The notes beneath the pieces were generated by a model that saw only the letters and a program-made list of their open reading frames with translations, ran no database searches and had not been told where the DNA came from. A program made the translations under genes and the position numbers. A DNA stretch of 63,829 nucleotides, filler included, from Lenisia limosa (Eukaryota; Protista; Breviatea), in NCBI GenBank assembly GCA_001655205.1. It is 16 parts of 16 records of this genome, joined end to end, with 100 filler letters (N's around TTAATTAATTAA, not from the genome) between each part and the next. Parts side by side here need not be neighbours in the genome. Positions count along the whole stretch, not along the records: positions 42,306 to 54,580 come from LPNZ01006474.1; 15 more parts are not named here. One strand, written 5' to 3'. This document shows positions 42,332 through 54,680 of the stretch, piece after piece (the first letter of the stretch is position 1; each line of letters begins with the position of its first letter).

Positions 42332-45300
42332 CGATCGGCTCCTTGCTTACAAAGGAGTTTGACAGACTGGCGAGCAATGGGAGAAGGGCTTTCCCTCAAA
42401 GTATCAAGGGCCTTCAAGAAGGAAACCTGGAGTGTTGGGATTAGGGCTGGAATTAAGCCCTCACTTCCCTTCGAAAAAAGACGCAATTTCTCCATAAATC
42501 TTAGAAAAAGAAAAGTTATCAAAAACAAAAAAGCCCAAAATAAACTCGGTTGGCTAGAAACTGATGGTTGAAAACAAAGAAACCACCGGACCTTTACGAT
42601 CCGAATATGTTTTATTGCAAAAATAGGACCTATCCTAGGAAGACAATGTCATATTAAGGCCCTGTCCCAACCTTGCTGGGAAAGAATGCTAAGGAGAATG
42701 ATGAAGGTGAAGTGAGTGAAGAATTAAGGTGACGCATGCCCCAACCTGGAGGGCCAAAAGCCGGGTTGTGATAAGAGTACACAGGCCTGAATGGGCCTTT
42801 TCCTTCTCCAAGCTTGATTTCTCCAGGGGGCAATACGCAAAGCCAAGGTCAGCAGTAACTACAATGGTGAAATATAATATTATATACTATATGATATAGC
42901 AATGAGAAATAAAAAACAAGGTTGTACAATTAACGCTTCACTCAAAGACTGAATTACTCAATAAATCCTCGATATAATTCGATATTTTACCGATCTTATT
43001 CGTACCGGAGTAAAGCCCTATTGAGAAGGAGTTGGGCAGGGAAAATGAATATTAACCACTCTCCTCTACTATCATGATTGAAAATCCCCTTTTACAACAA
43101 CACGTCACCAATCATGCCAACTTTTGAGCACGTCTTTCAGCTCTAAAGTGTTCCTGCCGACGTCAGCGCAGAGTTCTCTAAACAATCGGTGGAGATTGGA
43201 TGAAGGAATAGGCGCGTTGACCTTCTTGCAGGTCTGGGGTGTTAAAACGGGTAGATATGGGAAGGCACGCAAAAAGCTACGTGGGAGGGGTTGGAGAAAC
43301 CAATAAAAACGAAAATATATAGCCGATTTTTTTAATATTAACAAGCTGAAAGCAACAAAAAGCTAAAGAAATGCCTCCCCATTGCCCCGCTTAAAAAACA
43401 CAGCATTATATAATATACTTTTGGAATGAGTGAAGCTGAACCTCCCACCCCCACTTGAAAAAACTGATACATGTCATACATGTAGATATATGTACTATCT
43501 ACATAGTATGCATATACCATGGTATCATATGATAAGGTATAATATATATCCCCCCTCCCATCCCATCACAAAAATATAGCATTAAATGTACCTAGTAGTA
43601 TAAGCCTCACTCACACTTAATAAGGTACCACCTCCCGTCTATTTGAGAACCACAGCATACAACCCCTCCCACCTCCTGGAACCCCGTGTAGCTGACTCGG
43701 CCATCCTCAGACGAAGACTGGAAGGCGTCGAGAAGTGGCTCGAGAGTTGGCACTGCCGCGGCTGTGAAGTTGTGTGAAGATGATCAAGAAAGTGGTATCT
43801 ATATGATATTTGTATAAAAATGACGACGATAGGATTAGTTGTTATCAAACCTTTTTTACCTCCCTCCTAATTTGCATTATTTGAAGTAGTTATTAACTTT
43901 ACCCCACTATTTCTCATTGGAATTAATTTACCTCCGCTGCGAAGGGTGAGGCAAGGTTAAGGGGGGGGGGGGTAAAANNNNNNNNNNNNNNNNNNNNNNN
44001 NNNNNNNNNNNNNNNNNNNNNNNNNNNNNNNNNNNNNNNNAACAGAGAATCAACTCTGGTGGCTAGCATTTGAGAACATTGGGAAGCCATCCATGCCAAC
44101 CAGCGTATTTATCGAGGGCAAGTACCAGGACTTTGTTGAGAGGAATCCTGCGATTTCGAGGGAAGTGCTGGTGTTTCGGGTTCCTTTCAATGACAGCTTC
44201 ACCATCCTATTGGGTTAAGTTAGAAAACATCAAGACACCTCACTGCTGTTGAACAAAACAGATATACCTAGGGCTTCACTCCGATCCGTTCCCACGCACC
44301 TTAGACTGTTGATGGTATGCACGATTTTCAAGATGAAATGCGGGAATTGATCTGCAGTGCGTTAATATGACGACAACAATGAAAAACCGGATTAGCAAGT
44401 CTTACTTAGTTTCTAGAGTAGACACGAAGAGCGAAAATTCATCCGAAGACAAGAAATTGAGGTTTTGCTGGATGAGTAAGTGAACAGTATTTCAGAAGAG
44501 TACGAAAGGGATACTGTCTGAAATGAAACAGATTTTCTTGGGTTCACGAAAAAAATATCAATATTTGCCTCCCAAAAAGGCAAAATCATAAGAATGGTCA
44601 GATCAAAAGTAGAAGAAATAGAAAATTTATCTGATATACTCCTATGACTTAGCGTACCTTTATGAGAAAACTGTTCAGAAAGTGTACTGACCACCTTCAT
44701 ACCTTAGCAATATCATTGGCACGCACAATGTCCAAATACTGCTCAATAGTGGCATATGGCCCAATGCGGACAAGGGGGTATAGGAAACCCTGAGAGATTA
44801 GGAAGAAATAAATTGCTTTTTTCATTTCCATTTCCAACTCAAGATAACGATATATAAAACAATTTTATGTCGGATTTTGGGCCGGAACTCCGACATAAGG
44901 CCCAAAATCCAACTGTCTGGTCCTTTTGTATATGAAACTATAAAAGGGGGTAATAAGGAATCTCTGAAAGATTAGAAAGAAAGCGGGTGTGTTCAGTTTG
45001 GTCAGAAAAAGACTGATGAAATATCGATAGTTTTCGAAATATATTGAGTATTTCAGTCGTTTTTTGAGCCGCAGTGAAACGCAGGTAAAACCCACAATTG
45101 TAGAAAGGAAAAGGACGCATTAATGGAAAGTTTGGTGAGATTCAGCTTTGGTGGAGTAAAATGGAAAATGTATGAAACAAAAAATCCCAGAATCAACTCT
45201 GTTGGCTACGAGCATTTGGGAAACACACAAGGGTAAAAACAACAGAACAAACAAAGCCCAGGCCAGTTCTGCAACAGTGTACCCCATCACTCCTGCTTAC

Positions 45301-48300
45301 GTTGGTTGAGTTAATTGAGGTTTTTGTGAGCTGCATGAAGAAGGTGAACTGATCTGGAGACAGTAAGTCGGAAAGTTGGAACACCGGAAGGTGAGCACAT
45401 ATAATACTACATATGATATCCGATATGCATATTGTACCAAATATCAAATAATATAGAAGTCCAACTTTCACGTTGAATTAATTTTGAAATCACGGAGTCC
45501 TAGGTCTTACTCTGTGGAAGTTCTTCGATAAGGAAGTCAATGAAGAGGTCAACTTCCTCATCAGTCCCGGCCTTGTGAGGTAAACAAAGAATATGGGGGA
45601 AAGGGAAGATGCGAAAAAAATACCTTAAAATCGGTTGTATGGTTTCGAGGTAATTTGTTAAAATTAATATTAAACTGAAGCAAAAACATCTTTATAAGAA
45701 AGCAAAGGAGGTAAGGTGAAGATAGACAAGGAAGATAGAGGATAGCGTATTAGAGTACCAACTGTAGAGAATGAATCCATTACTATATAACTTTCCCCAT
45801 TTGCTTACTGCAATCAAATGTATTTTTTAAATGCTAGCCACACGTATAATTATATTGTCAAAATAAATTAATTGCAACAAGACGCTTACGTAATGTGCAG
45901 CTGTTGTAATCAGTTCCCACGCGTGTTGGTCAATGATGGACCTGAAATGGTAAGGCCACGGGTATTTCGTAGGATTTCGTGCGATTAATTGATAAAATAA
46001 TACTTGAATTTTGAAGCATACAACCTGTTGTAACTAGAGACCCTATTGTAACTAGAGACCCTATTAAAATTTCTTCAATATACCATATTAATTTTGTGGT
46101 GTCATATTTTGATACATTGCAAAAATGAAGAGCAAAAGTCAAAAGAAGGAAGGTTCAGTAGCCTACCTTAAACCATATTTCTGGGTCAAGAGGTGATATA
46201 GAAAATCGGGGAGCCTTGATTTGCACAAAGGGTCCAACTAATCCGTAAATAAAGGCAGCACAAGTTGTGATTTCAAGGCATGGAAGTAGGGTTTTACTTC
46301 GGTTAGAAAATTGACTGAATTTCTCAATAAATCCTCGATAAATATCGATATTTTATCTGATACCTCCACTGTGCCTTGTGTATTTGTTTCCCTCGTCTCG
46401 AATTAACGCACATGGGCGAGATTGATTTTTATTTTTTATTTTAAAATAAGTACAATTTTATAAAAAAAATTGTATCGACCTCCCAGGAGGAGGCAGATAA
46501 AAAATAGTTGAAAATATATTTTGTTTATATCAATATTTTTAATTAATATTGTTATAAACCGCGCCTGGTGCCTACTTCTAGAACAGCCTCATAAATATCG
46601 CGTATGGACCGGGTCAGCCAGGGCTTAGGATGGGGCGGCCTGGCTTTTGCTGGCGCCAAAGTAAACCGGCGGAATCTGAAGTTTATTATTCACGAAAACA
46701 AAAGAAAAACAGCTAAACATAGAAAAAGAAGAAAAAAAGTGGTATGTTGGATTCTAAAGATCATTATCCACAAGAAGAAAAGAAAGACCAAAAATAGTAA
46801 ACCAAAAAAAGATACAAGAAAGTAAACTGCGAGTGCACACACCTTGAACGGAAAAGAATGCTTGCCCGAGTGTTCGTGGACTAAAACGGTAAAACAGTTG
46901 AATTGGAGCACAACTGAGTGGCGCTTATTGATGAGAAATATGGGACTATTGTACTGATTCAATGCCGCTACTCAATTTAAATATTTAGCCGAAGCCGTCC
47001 ACACCATCACACTTATTTGAGAACAGGATTATAGAATAATATTAATTCACCCAATCATTTGTCTTACAACTCTGTGCATACAGCTTTTTGCTCACAATTT
47101 AATACTTACTGTGATTGCATCAATACGTATATATTATGCTACATATCCGACCCAGATTCTCAAATAATAGTTTTTTTAAAAAATAAATGGAGGGACGGGA
47201 CAATAATCCCTTCCCACGGCTTGGTACTTCATTTCTAACTCGTGCTCAATATCTTCAATATCTTCAACACCAATGTTGTCGCTGAAGCCGATTTTACCCC
47301 TTTTCATTCGGGAGGTTTGGACCCCCACATTACGCAAGCCGTTGAACTCAATTTGTTCCTCGTCTGTGGCATAAGAAAAAGTTTTATGGGGGGGGGGGGG
47401 CNNNNNNNNNNNNNNNNNNNNNNNNNNNNNNNNNNNNNNNNNNNNNNNNNNNNNNNNNNNNNNNNNNNNNNNNATATTATATCATCGTGAATCAATTCTT
47501 CTAGTTCTTGGAGATCCATGACCTTTAGGGATCATAGAAATTTCTCAAAAATGAAAAATCTCTCAAAAAACCATTCAAATATTAAAAAAGATAACTAGAG
47601 CATACTCAAACTGGCTAAAGACACCATTTTAGGGTCACGTGGGAAATAGTCATCATCGTGTCCATCAAGAGTGGTGGGGGCCGAAGGGGTAAGTGATTCC
47701 TAAAAAAATTAGTAGAGCTTCACGTTAGGCTTCAAAAGACAGATACATCGTTTTAAACAATCAGCTCACCGTGCTATTGACCTGGGAGAAAATGGCATTT
47801 AGCCTGTTTTCAGTGATGGCGAGGTTAACAGCGGAACTTTGGGTAGAGAGAACCGGCCTGATAGCGTAAAACAGTCGGAAAAGAGTTCTGAACGAGGAAA
47901 ACTTTGGCTATGTGAACAGGATACTAATATATATATAAATTATACTATGTATACTATCACATTCAATAAAATCAGAGGGGTATAAAACAGGATTTACATA
48001 CTCCAGAACGTAATATAAGAATTAAAGAATATATAATTCACAATAGCATATTATCCATATCAAAGTTGGAATTTGTGCCATTCAAACGTGAGCGGGGTTG
48101 GTGGGGTTTCCACTTCGGTCATGACTTCCAACGGGGTGATTTGCTTCGATTTAAGCAAAGAGCTGAAATGAGCCTGCAATAGTAACACAGATTTTCCCCA
48201 CTTATATAATATTATATTGATCGCTGACATATACATGTCGTCTACGATACATTCTGCTCTATTTANNNNNNNNNNNNNNNNNNNNNNNNNNNNNNNNNNN

Positions 48301-51300
48301 NNNNNNNNNNNNNNNNNNNNNNNNNNNNNNNNNNNNNNNNNNNNNNNNNNNNNNNNNNNNNNNNNNNNNNNNNATTAACCCCGGTCTTTATGTGCCCTGA
48401 GTTAATCCCAAATCGCAATAATTTCCCAGCAAACTTGGGGCATTGAGAGGGAACGGCTAAACGGAGATTTTGGGGTATGGGGGGTTCTGGGGGTATTCCT
48501 ACAAGGAAGTCAACGGACACTATTAGATAAAAATGATATGAAAAGGTTTTTTTTGTTCTATGTGTCTAAAAAAGGTGATATAATATAATATCATATAATA
48601 TACAGCGACCGGGAAAAGTCTTGACCTATTTTCCTTGAAAAATCTTCGTGCAAATCGGTCAACAGTATAAGTAATTAAATGATATCTACTTTTTACTTTA
48701 CACTCTACATTTATTGGGAAGCTATTTTATCTGGTCTGGTCCTTGTTATATTGCAACGGATATGGTGTCCATGCAATTCAGAATCAGAATTATTTCAAAT
48801 TGTATAAATGAACGCAGGGCTATATTGTAACTATTATGCCTGGAAGTACTATAAACCCATACAAATTGCGCTATGCAGTTTACTCCCCGTCTACAGAGCA
48901 GAAGAATGCTCAGGACTGAGCACGTTGAGAAGGTTGACGAAGGAGTTTTGTAGGGTGGATTGCACCTACAGAATCAGTTTTGTTCAATAGTTTGAATGGA
49001 ACACATTTGAATTTGAGAGAAAGACTCTGTATGAAGAATAGAAGAGAGAAATTACAAACAAATTCGAAGTCATGAACGAAAATAAGAAAGACTAAAACAA
49101 ACCTGCTTAAGTGACCTAAGCTTCTTTTCATCAACGTTGTACAATGCCGATTTGTTGGAGATGATGAAGGCCATTCGGGCGGTTAGGATTTTCTTACTGC
49201 ATTGCATGAGTGTTTGAAACTCTTTGAAAACAATTGGTAGATACTCAAATGCACCCCTGAATCGATATAATAGTCTACTTAGTATATATGTATGTGTTTG
49301 TATGTGTGTAATATATGTACCAAATATCGATAAATTCTTGATGTTTACAACAGGGGCTTTTCGGGCCAAAGTGAGCCTGTCGCAATTGCTTTGATCTTAG
49401 TGACTCCGTGCAATCAATTAAAACTATTCACACAGAGCACGAGATATTAGCCTCTTTGTTGCTACTTTGGATCAATATTTCTTAGTCCTTGATCCCACCT
49501 TTCCTCAATGAAATGAACCTCTGAGTTTTTCAGCTTTTCAATGAAAGGTGCGTCTGGAGGTGATCGCTCCGCTCTGAAACAGTAAACAGATCCAAAATTA
49601 TTTCAATTTTTGGAACAAGAATAAAATAATAACAAATACATGTTAAAGTTTCCAACGCTGTTCAAATAGATCCAGTATTATATCATATGCATAATTTTTA
49701 TCATAGTACATATAATATCATATATAAGACTATTATGATATTAAAATAAATCAAAATCTATTTAAATAATATTGAGTCACTTTTTTTTGACATTTGTTAA
49801 AAAACCCAAATGCTGAGCTTACAGAGACAGTGAAAAGGTTGATAAATATTCTGATAATCTTGCGTGTTCAAGGGACAAGTCATTGCAGCCAGACGAGTCT
49901 AAAAAGGGTCAAAGAAGCAAGGTAATTTGAATAATTAGGCCTTCCCTCAGGAACAAAAAAGATCGGTAAACTATCTAAATAGATGCAGGCATTTTATTAA
50001 TCAGAGTGAAACGTTCCTAGAAATAACTCAACTGAAACGAAGTCTAGTCCCTAAACAATCCTGATGGGTAAAATCCAATATTGACAATAGCATCACCCAC
50101 ACTGATAGTAATACTAACACTAAAATAGTAAATTTATCAATAGAAAGTGCAATATATCACACATAATTGCTCCGAAGAAGTCCTATTAGGGCTTCACTTC
50201 GGTTCGAAAAAAAGACTGAATTTCTCGATAAATCTTTGAAAATTATCGATATTTTACCGATTTTTTTGGAACCGAAGTGAAGCTTTAAGTCCTATTCTTA
50301 GATAATTAATCTGATATCCAAGACAACTTTCCCATTTGAAACCCTGCCTAAAACCTCCCACCACTCTCCACCAAGATTCTAACGAGAAGCAAGGACTGCG
50401 ACTGCGCTAATCTGGCCAATTCCTCAGCTGTATCGAGGACGTTCTGCTGATGCAACTCTGAGGCCTGGGGGGAGGGGGGGGAATTGGAAATTTATGAAAC
50501 AAATAAAAGCCCAAAATCAACTCTGTTGGCTGACTATAAACTGCCTACCTCATTCATGAGTTCCTTCGCAGCGGTTTTCAAAGTTCGAAGACACGCAGCC
50601 TGGGATGACAGGCATTTTGCTCCGGAAAAGGTCGTGACATCATGACGACATGACTAAGAGGGAGTAAAATTGGAAAAGCGGGGGAAGATTAATCCCCCCC
50701 CCCTCCCGCGAAAATCAATTCCGTTGGCTAAACATTTGCGAAACATGATATATTTTTTTTTGACAAGAGAAATACTATTCATTAGAAATCTAGAAAAACA
50801 AATTAATGGGCCCATAATTTAGGGGATAACTTTAGGGGATATGAAATTAATCATATAAAGAAAAATAAATAGAGAAAATGGTGGGGGNNNNNNNNNNNNN
50901 NNNNNNNNNNNNNNNNNNNNNNNNNNNNNNNNNNNNNNNNNNNNNNNNNNNNNNNNNNNNNNNNNNNNNNNNNNNNNNNNNNCGATGTAAGAGGAAACGA
51001 CCAACGCGATAAAATAGTGGACGGGGAGGTGGGGAGTAAGATTGGACAATTTATGAAATAAAACCCCCCCCAAATCAACTCTTTGTGGTGGTGGTGGAGG
51101 GGGGACGATATTCAGTTACCAGGACTCACATCAGCTCCGACAGCGGAATTGCTCAGTAACTCCGCAATCCAATCAACATCATTCTTTTCAATCGTCACCG
51201 CGTCCATCTGTAACGTTATTATGAAATGGGCGCTAGACAGAGTAATGTGTAGACTTCACTATTGTACGAGGAAATGAATTGATAGAATTAGAAACCGAAT

Positions 51301-54300
51301 GACATGTCCCACTTCAAATTTTAAAATTATTATTATTTCCCCTAGATTTTCAATGGATCTTGTTTTTTTGTTCAAAAAATAAAAGGCGAAATGTGAGTAG
51401 ATTTGCTGGCACTGAGTCAACGAAAGTGCAAGTTTTGTTGTAGTACAATCTCGATTGAAACTAAGATCACAAAGATTCGGCGGTTGAACTGTCCAATGAT
51501 GATCTTATAATGGGTTGCAGAAGAATAGGGTTTTTAGGGAAATATGCTGTAAAAGATATGTTGTTCTTGGGTTATATACATGTAGTATGTATTTTTTTTT
51601 TTAAAAAATGGGTTTAAGAGTTGTACTTTTTGGGATTTGTATATTTTGATCTTGTACTCTTTTCGGACCGGAGAGAAGTCCTACTTACAATTAGGGCTTC
51701 ACTTCGGTTCGAAAAATACCGAAAAATATCGATAGTTTAAGAGGATTTATTGAGAAATTCAGTCTTTTTTCGAACCGAAGTGAAGCCCTACTTACAATGG
51801 AATTGATTCGGTTTGAAATGAGCGACAAGTGAGTCTGAATTTCACCAACAAGAACGCCGGCACTGTCTTGACCTGAGGGAGGGGAGTCAGATGAGGAAAA
51901 TTATGAAACAAAAAAAAACACAAAATCAACTCTGTTGGCTGACANNNNNNNNNNNNNNNNNNNNNNNNNNNNNNNNNNNNNNNNNNNNNNNNNNNNNNNN
52001 NNACAAAATATGAAATAAGGAGGTTGTATCAGAAATGGTAAACGAAAGTACAGAACTATTCCCAAGGTATGAAGGTGAAAAGGATGTTCCGCCTTCTCTT
52101 GAGTAGGGGTTCACTTCGGTTAAAAAAAAAACTGAATTTCTCGACAAATCTTCGAACCCTATCGATAATTTACCGTTATGTTTCGAACCGAAGTGAAGCT
52201 TGAACTGCACAGAAAGTTGTTTCGTATTATTTAATTTAGCTATTCGTGATGGGTGAAGACGGCTTTGTCCAGATTCCACCAATTTTATTTCGCACCCGTA
52301 ACAGCCTACCAGTAAGCCGAGTTGACAGCATGTTGGCGGTGAAACGGCAAGAAGCCTCCAGTTTTGATAGGGTCGGGCCAAATGGAATGTACGTCGTACC
52401 CCCAAGTTCAATTACCTAGGGGGAGGGGGAGTAAATCGAAGGAGATTTCGATGACAAATACTGGCGTATGTAATAATCACGAAATCATCAAAAACTCCAA
52501 AATAATAATAAAAAACAACTTAGGGAGAGGGAGAGTGAAACATGGGAATATTATGGAAACAAAATAAGCAGAATAAAGTATGCTGGCCTAACGAAATCCT
52601 CTACTCACTTTTTGAAGGGACGTGGACAAATTCTCAGTGACACCTGAAAGGATGTTGCTGGCTGTTGTTGGAACTTCACCGTTGGTGCACACTTCGGATA
52701 ATTTAGCAAGCCACGTATCTAGACGTGTTACAAATGACTGAATTCTAGATAAAACCTCTAAAATTATCAGTTTTTTTGGTACCGAAGTGAAGCCCTGAAT
52801 ACTGTGATGTTTTCGTAGAAAAATGGAACTTATAAACGAAGGTCGGAAATATCCCAAGACGATGAGCAGTTTTGTAACATACAGGCTTCCCTGCGGTCCG
52901 AAAAAACCATCAAAGTATCGATATCTACCGAAGATTTATCGAAAAATTCGGTCTTATTTGGGACTGAAGGGAAGACCTACTCACCAGTGTCCGCAAGGAG
53001 CTGTTTGAACACTGTTTTTGGCAAAACCGCATCATCTCTTGAGGCCTTGAAAGGTCAAATAGTCAAATGCTGTAATACTAGAGAGCAAGAAGTATTCAAA
53101 TAAGGGATCCAAGACAAAAAACGTAATACCACCACGAATTTGAGTGGTAGGATTGTATTTTTTTTTATCACCGAAAGGAAATACACTCCTTTCACAACAA
53201 CATAAATGTAACTCCGGATTATATCGAGACATATGTATAATAAGTCTGCAATTCTAGAGCCGAAGTATTGTGAAAATAAAAGAAAAACAAAGAAACGTTT
53301 AGTTTTTTATGCAGTAAAATCTATTGAACCTTGGTTCAAAACAAAGGCCCACCTTTTTGAAGATGGTATTCCACATTTCAGACCCGTTGGCTATAGTGGA
53401 CAGCGCCGCCTCCACTGAAAGGTCAGAAACCGATCCCAATTTAGTTTTTCATGTTAAATGTATCATATTTTCCTTTGTTTGAACGTTTATTTGTTCAAAA
53501 AAAAAAAAAAAATTTTGAAATAAATTTTAAAGTTGAAATAACTAAAGAGTAAACAATCGTCTTTGACAAGATATCACAAAGATGAGAAATAAAACAAGTC
53601 TCTGGCCGGAGTCATCCACACCATCACGCTTATAAGAGATATTGGATCACCACCATATGCAAAATAAAGGAAACAATATTCTTTTGAGTACATTTGACAG
53701 GATGAACATCTAGAAGATGCGAAAATATGTAAAAACTAGATATTATACCGATATTTTTCGAACCGGAGGGGGAAGCCTTATCACAAACAAATATTTGAGG
53801 ATACCAAGTAGGGCTTCACTCCTGTCTCAAATAGACCGGTAAAATATCGATAGTTTTCGAGGATTTATCTAGAGCTCAGTCTTTTTTCGAACCGAAGTGA
53901 AGCCCTATTAAGAGGAAAATAACACAATATCCAATTCCACGAACGTGAAGACACAACACTCCAAGTTTACATTGAATATCGTCAAATTATTAACCTCTAT
54001 CCAGTTCTACCATCAGCCTCCCTATTTTCTTTTTCTCAGAGAACCCAGCTTACATTGAATATCGTCAACTTCACATTTGGAAATCAGGCCTTCCACGACC
54101 TCCATCCAGTCATTATCTACAGTATGATTGGTGAACCATCTCGATACTCAAAAACAATAATCAAGATGCTCAAAAACAATAAATCATTCTAAGAGCCGTT
54201 TGTTCCAGCAACGAACCATATGTATAGCAATGAGAAATATTAATTCACCCAATCATTTGCCTTACAATTCTACCATAATAAGACCATAGTGATATTTCAA

Positions 54301-54423
54301 TGAAGACTGGTAGGATCAATCCCCATCAGACAGGTTCTTTGGGAGTTTTCAATGCTTTCCGTCGTGATTTTGTTGGTTTTGTTTACGCTGATCTGAGCAC
54401 ATTGCTCCCATTTGGTTGATGCA
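42332..54423 (-). CDS. Large unidentified multi-exon gene (>25 exons) with degenerate EF-hand-like segment near the C-terminus
   Basis: Many minus-strand AG/GT-bounded exons, e.g. RIQSFVTRLDTWLAKLSEVC..STSLQK|VIELGGTTYIPFGP..STRLTG|QDSAGVLVGEIQ; AGTDEEVDLFIDFLIEELPQ|NQFTFFMQL|GFLYPLVRIGPY; LLDAFQSSSEDGRVSYTGFQE|TCKKVNAPIPSSNLHRLFREL. Could be more than one gene. Confidence 0.6.
50187..50287. mobile_element. Family B hAT-type MITE with 8-bp TSD
   Basis: AGTCCTAT|TAGGGCTTCACTTCGGTTCGAAAA...GGAACCGAAGTGAAGCTTTA|AGTCCTAT. Confidence 0.9.
51692..51790. mobile_element. Family B hAT-type MITE with 8-bp TSD
   Basis: CTTACAAT|TAGGGCTTCACTTCGGTTCGAAAAA...TTTTTCGAACCGAAGTGAAGCCCTA|CTTACAAT; about 25 copies or fragments window-wide. 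Confidence 0.93.
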
Positions 54424-54680
54424 CTGAGAGGTGATAAAAAATAGAGGCGGAGGCGATAGTAAAATTGGAAAAAATGTTACAAAAAAAAAGCCCAAAATCA
54501 ACTCTGTTGGGGGGTGGGGTTTCCCCAAAACTCCTCGATAAATCTTGATACTTAAAAACTCCTCGATAAATCTTCGACAANNNNNNNNNNNNNNNNNNNN
54601 NNNNNNNNNNNNNNNNNNNNNNNNTTAATTAATTAANNNNNNNNNNNNNNNNNNNNNNNNNNNNNNNNNNNNNNNNNNNN

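Noticed and set aside
43932-43936. 5-nt microexon (ag|CGGAG|gt, minus strand)
   Set aside because: The flanking exons already join in frame without it; there is no transcript evidence.
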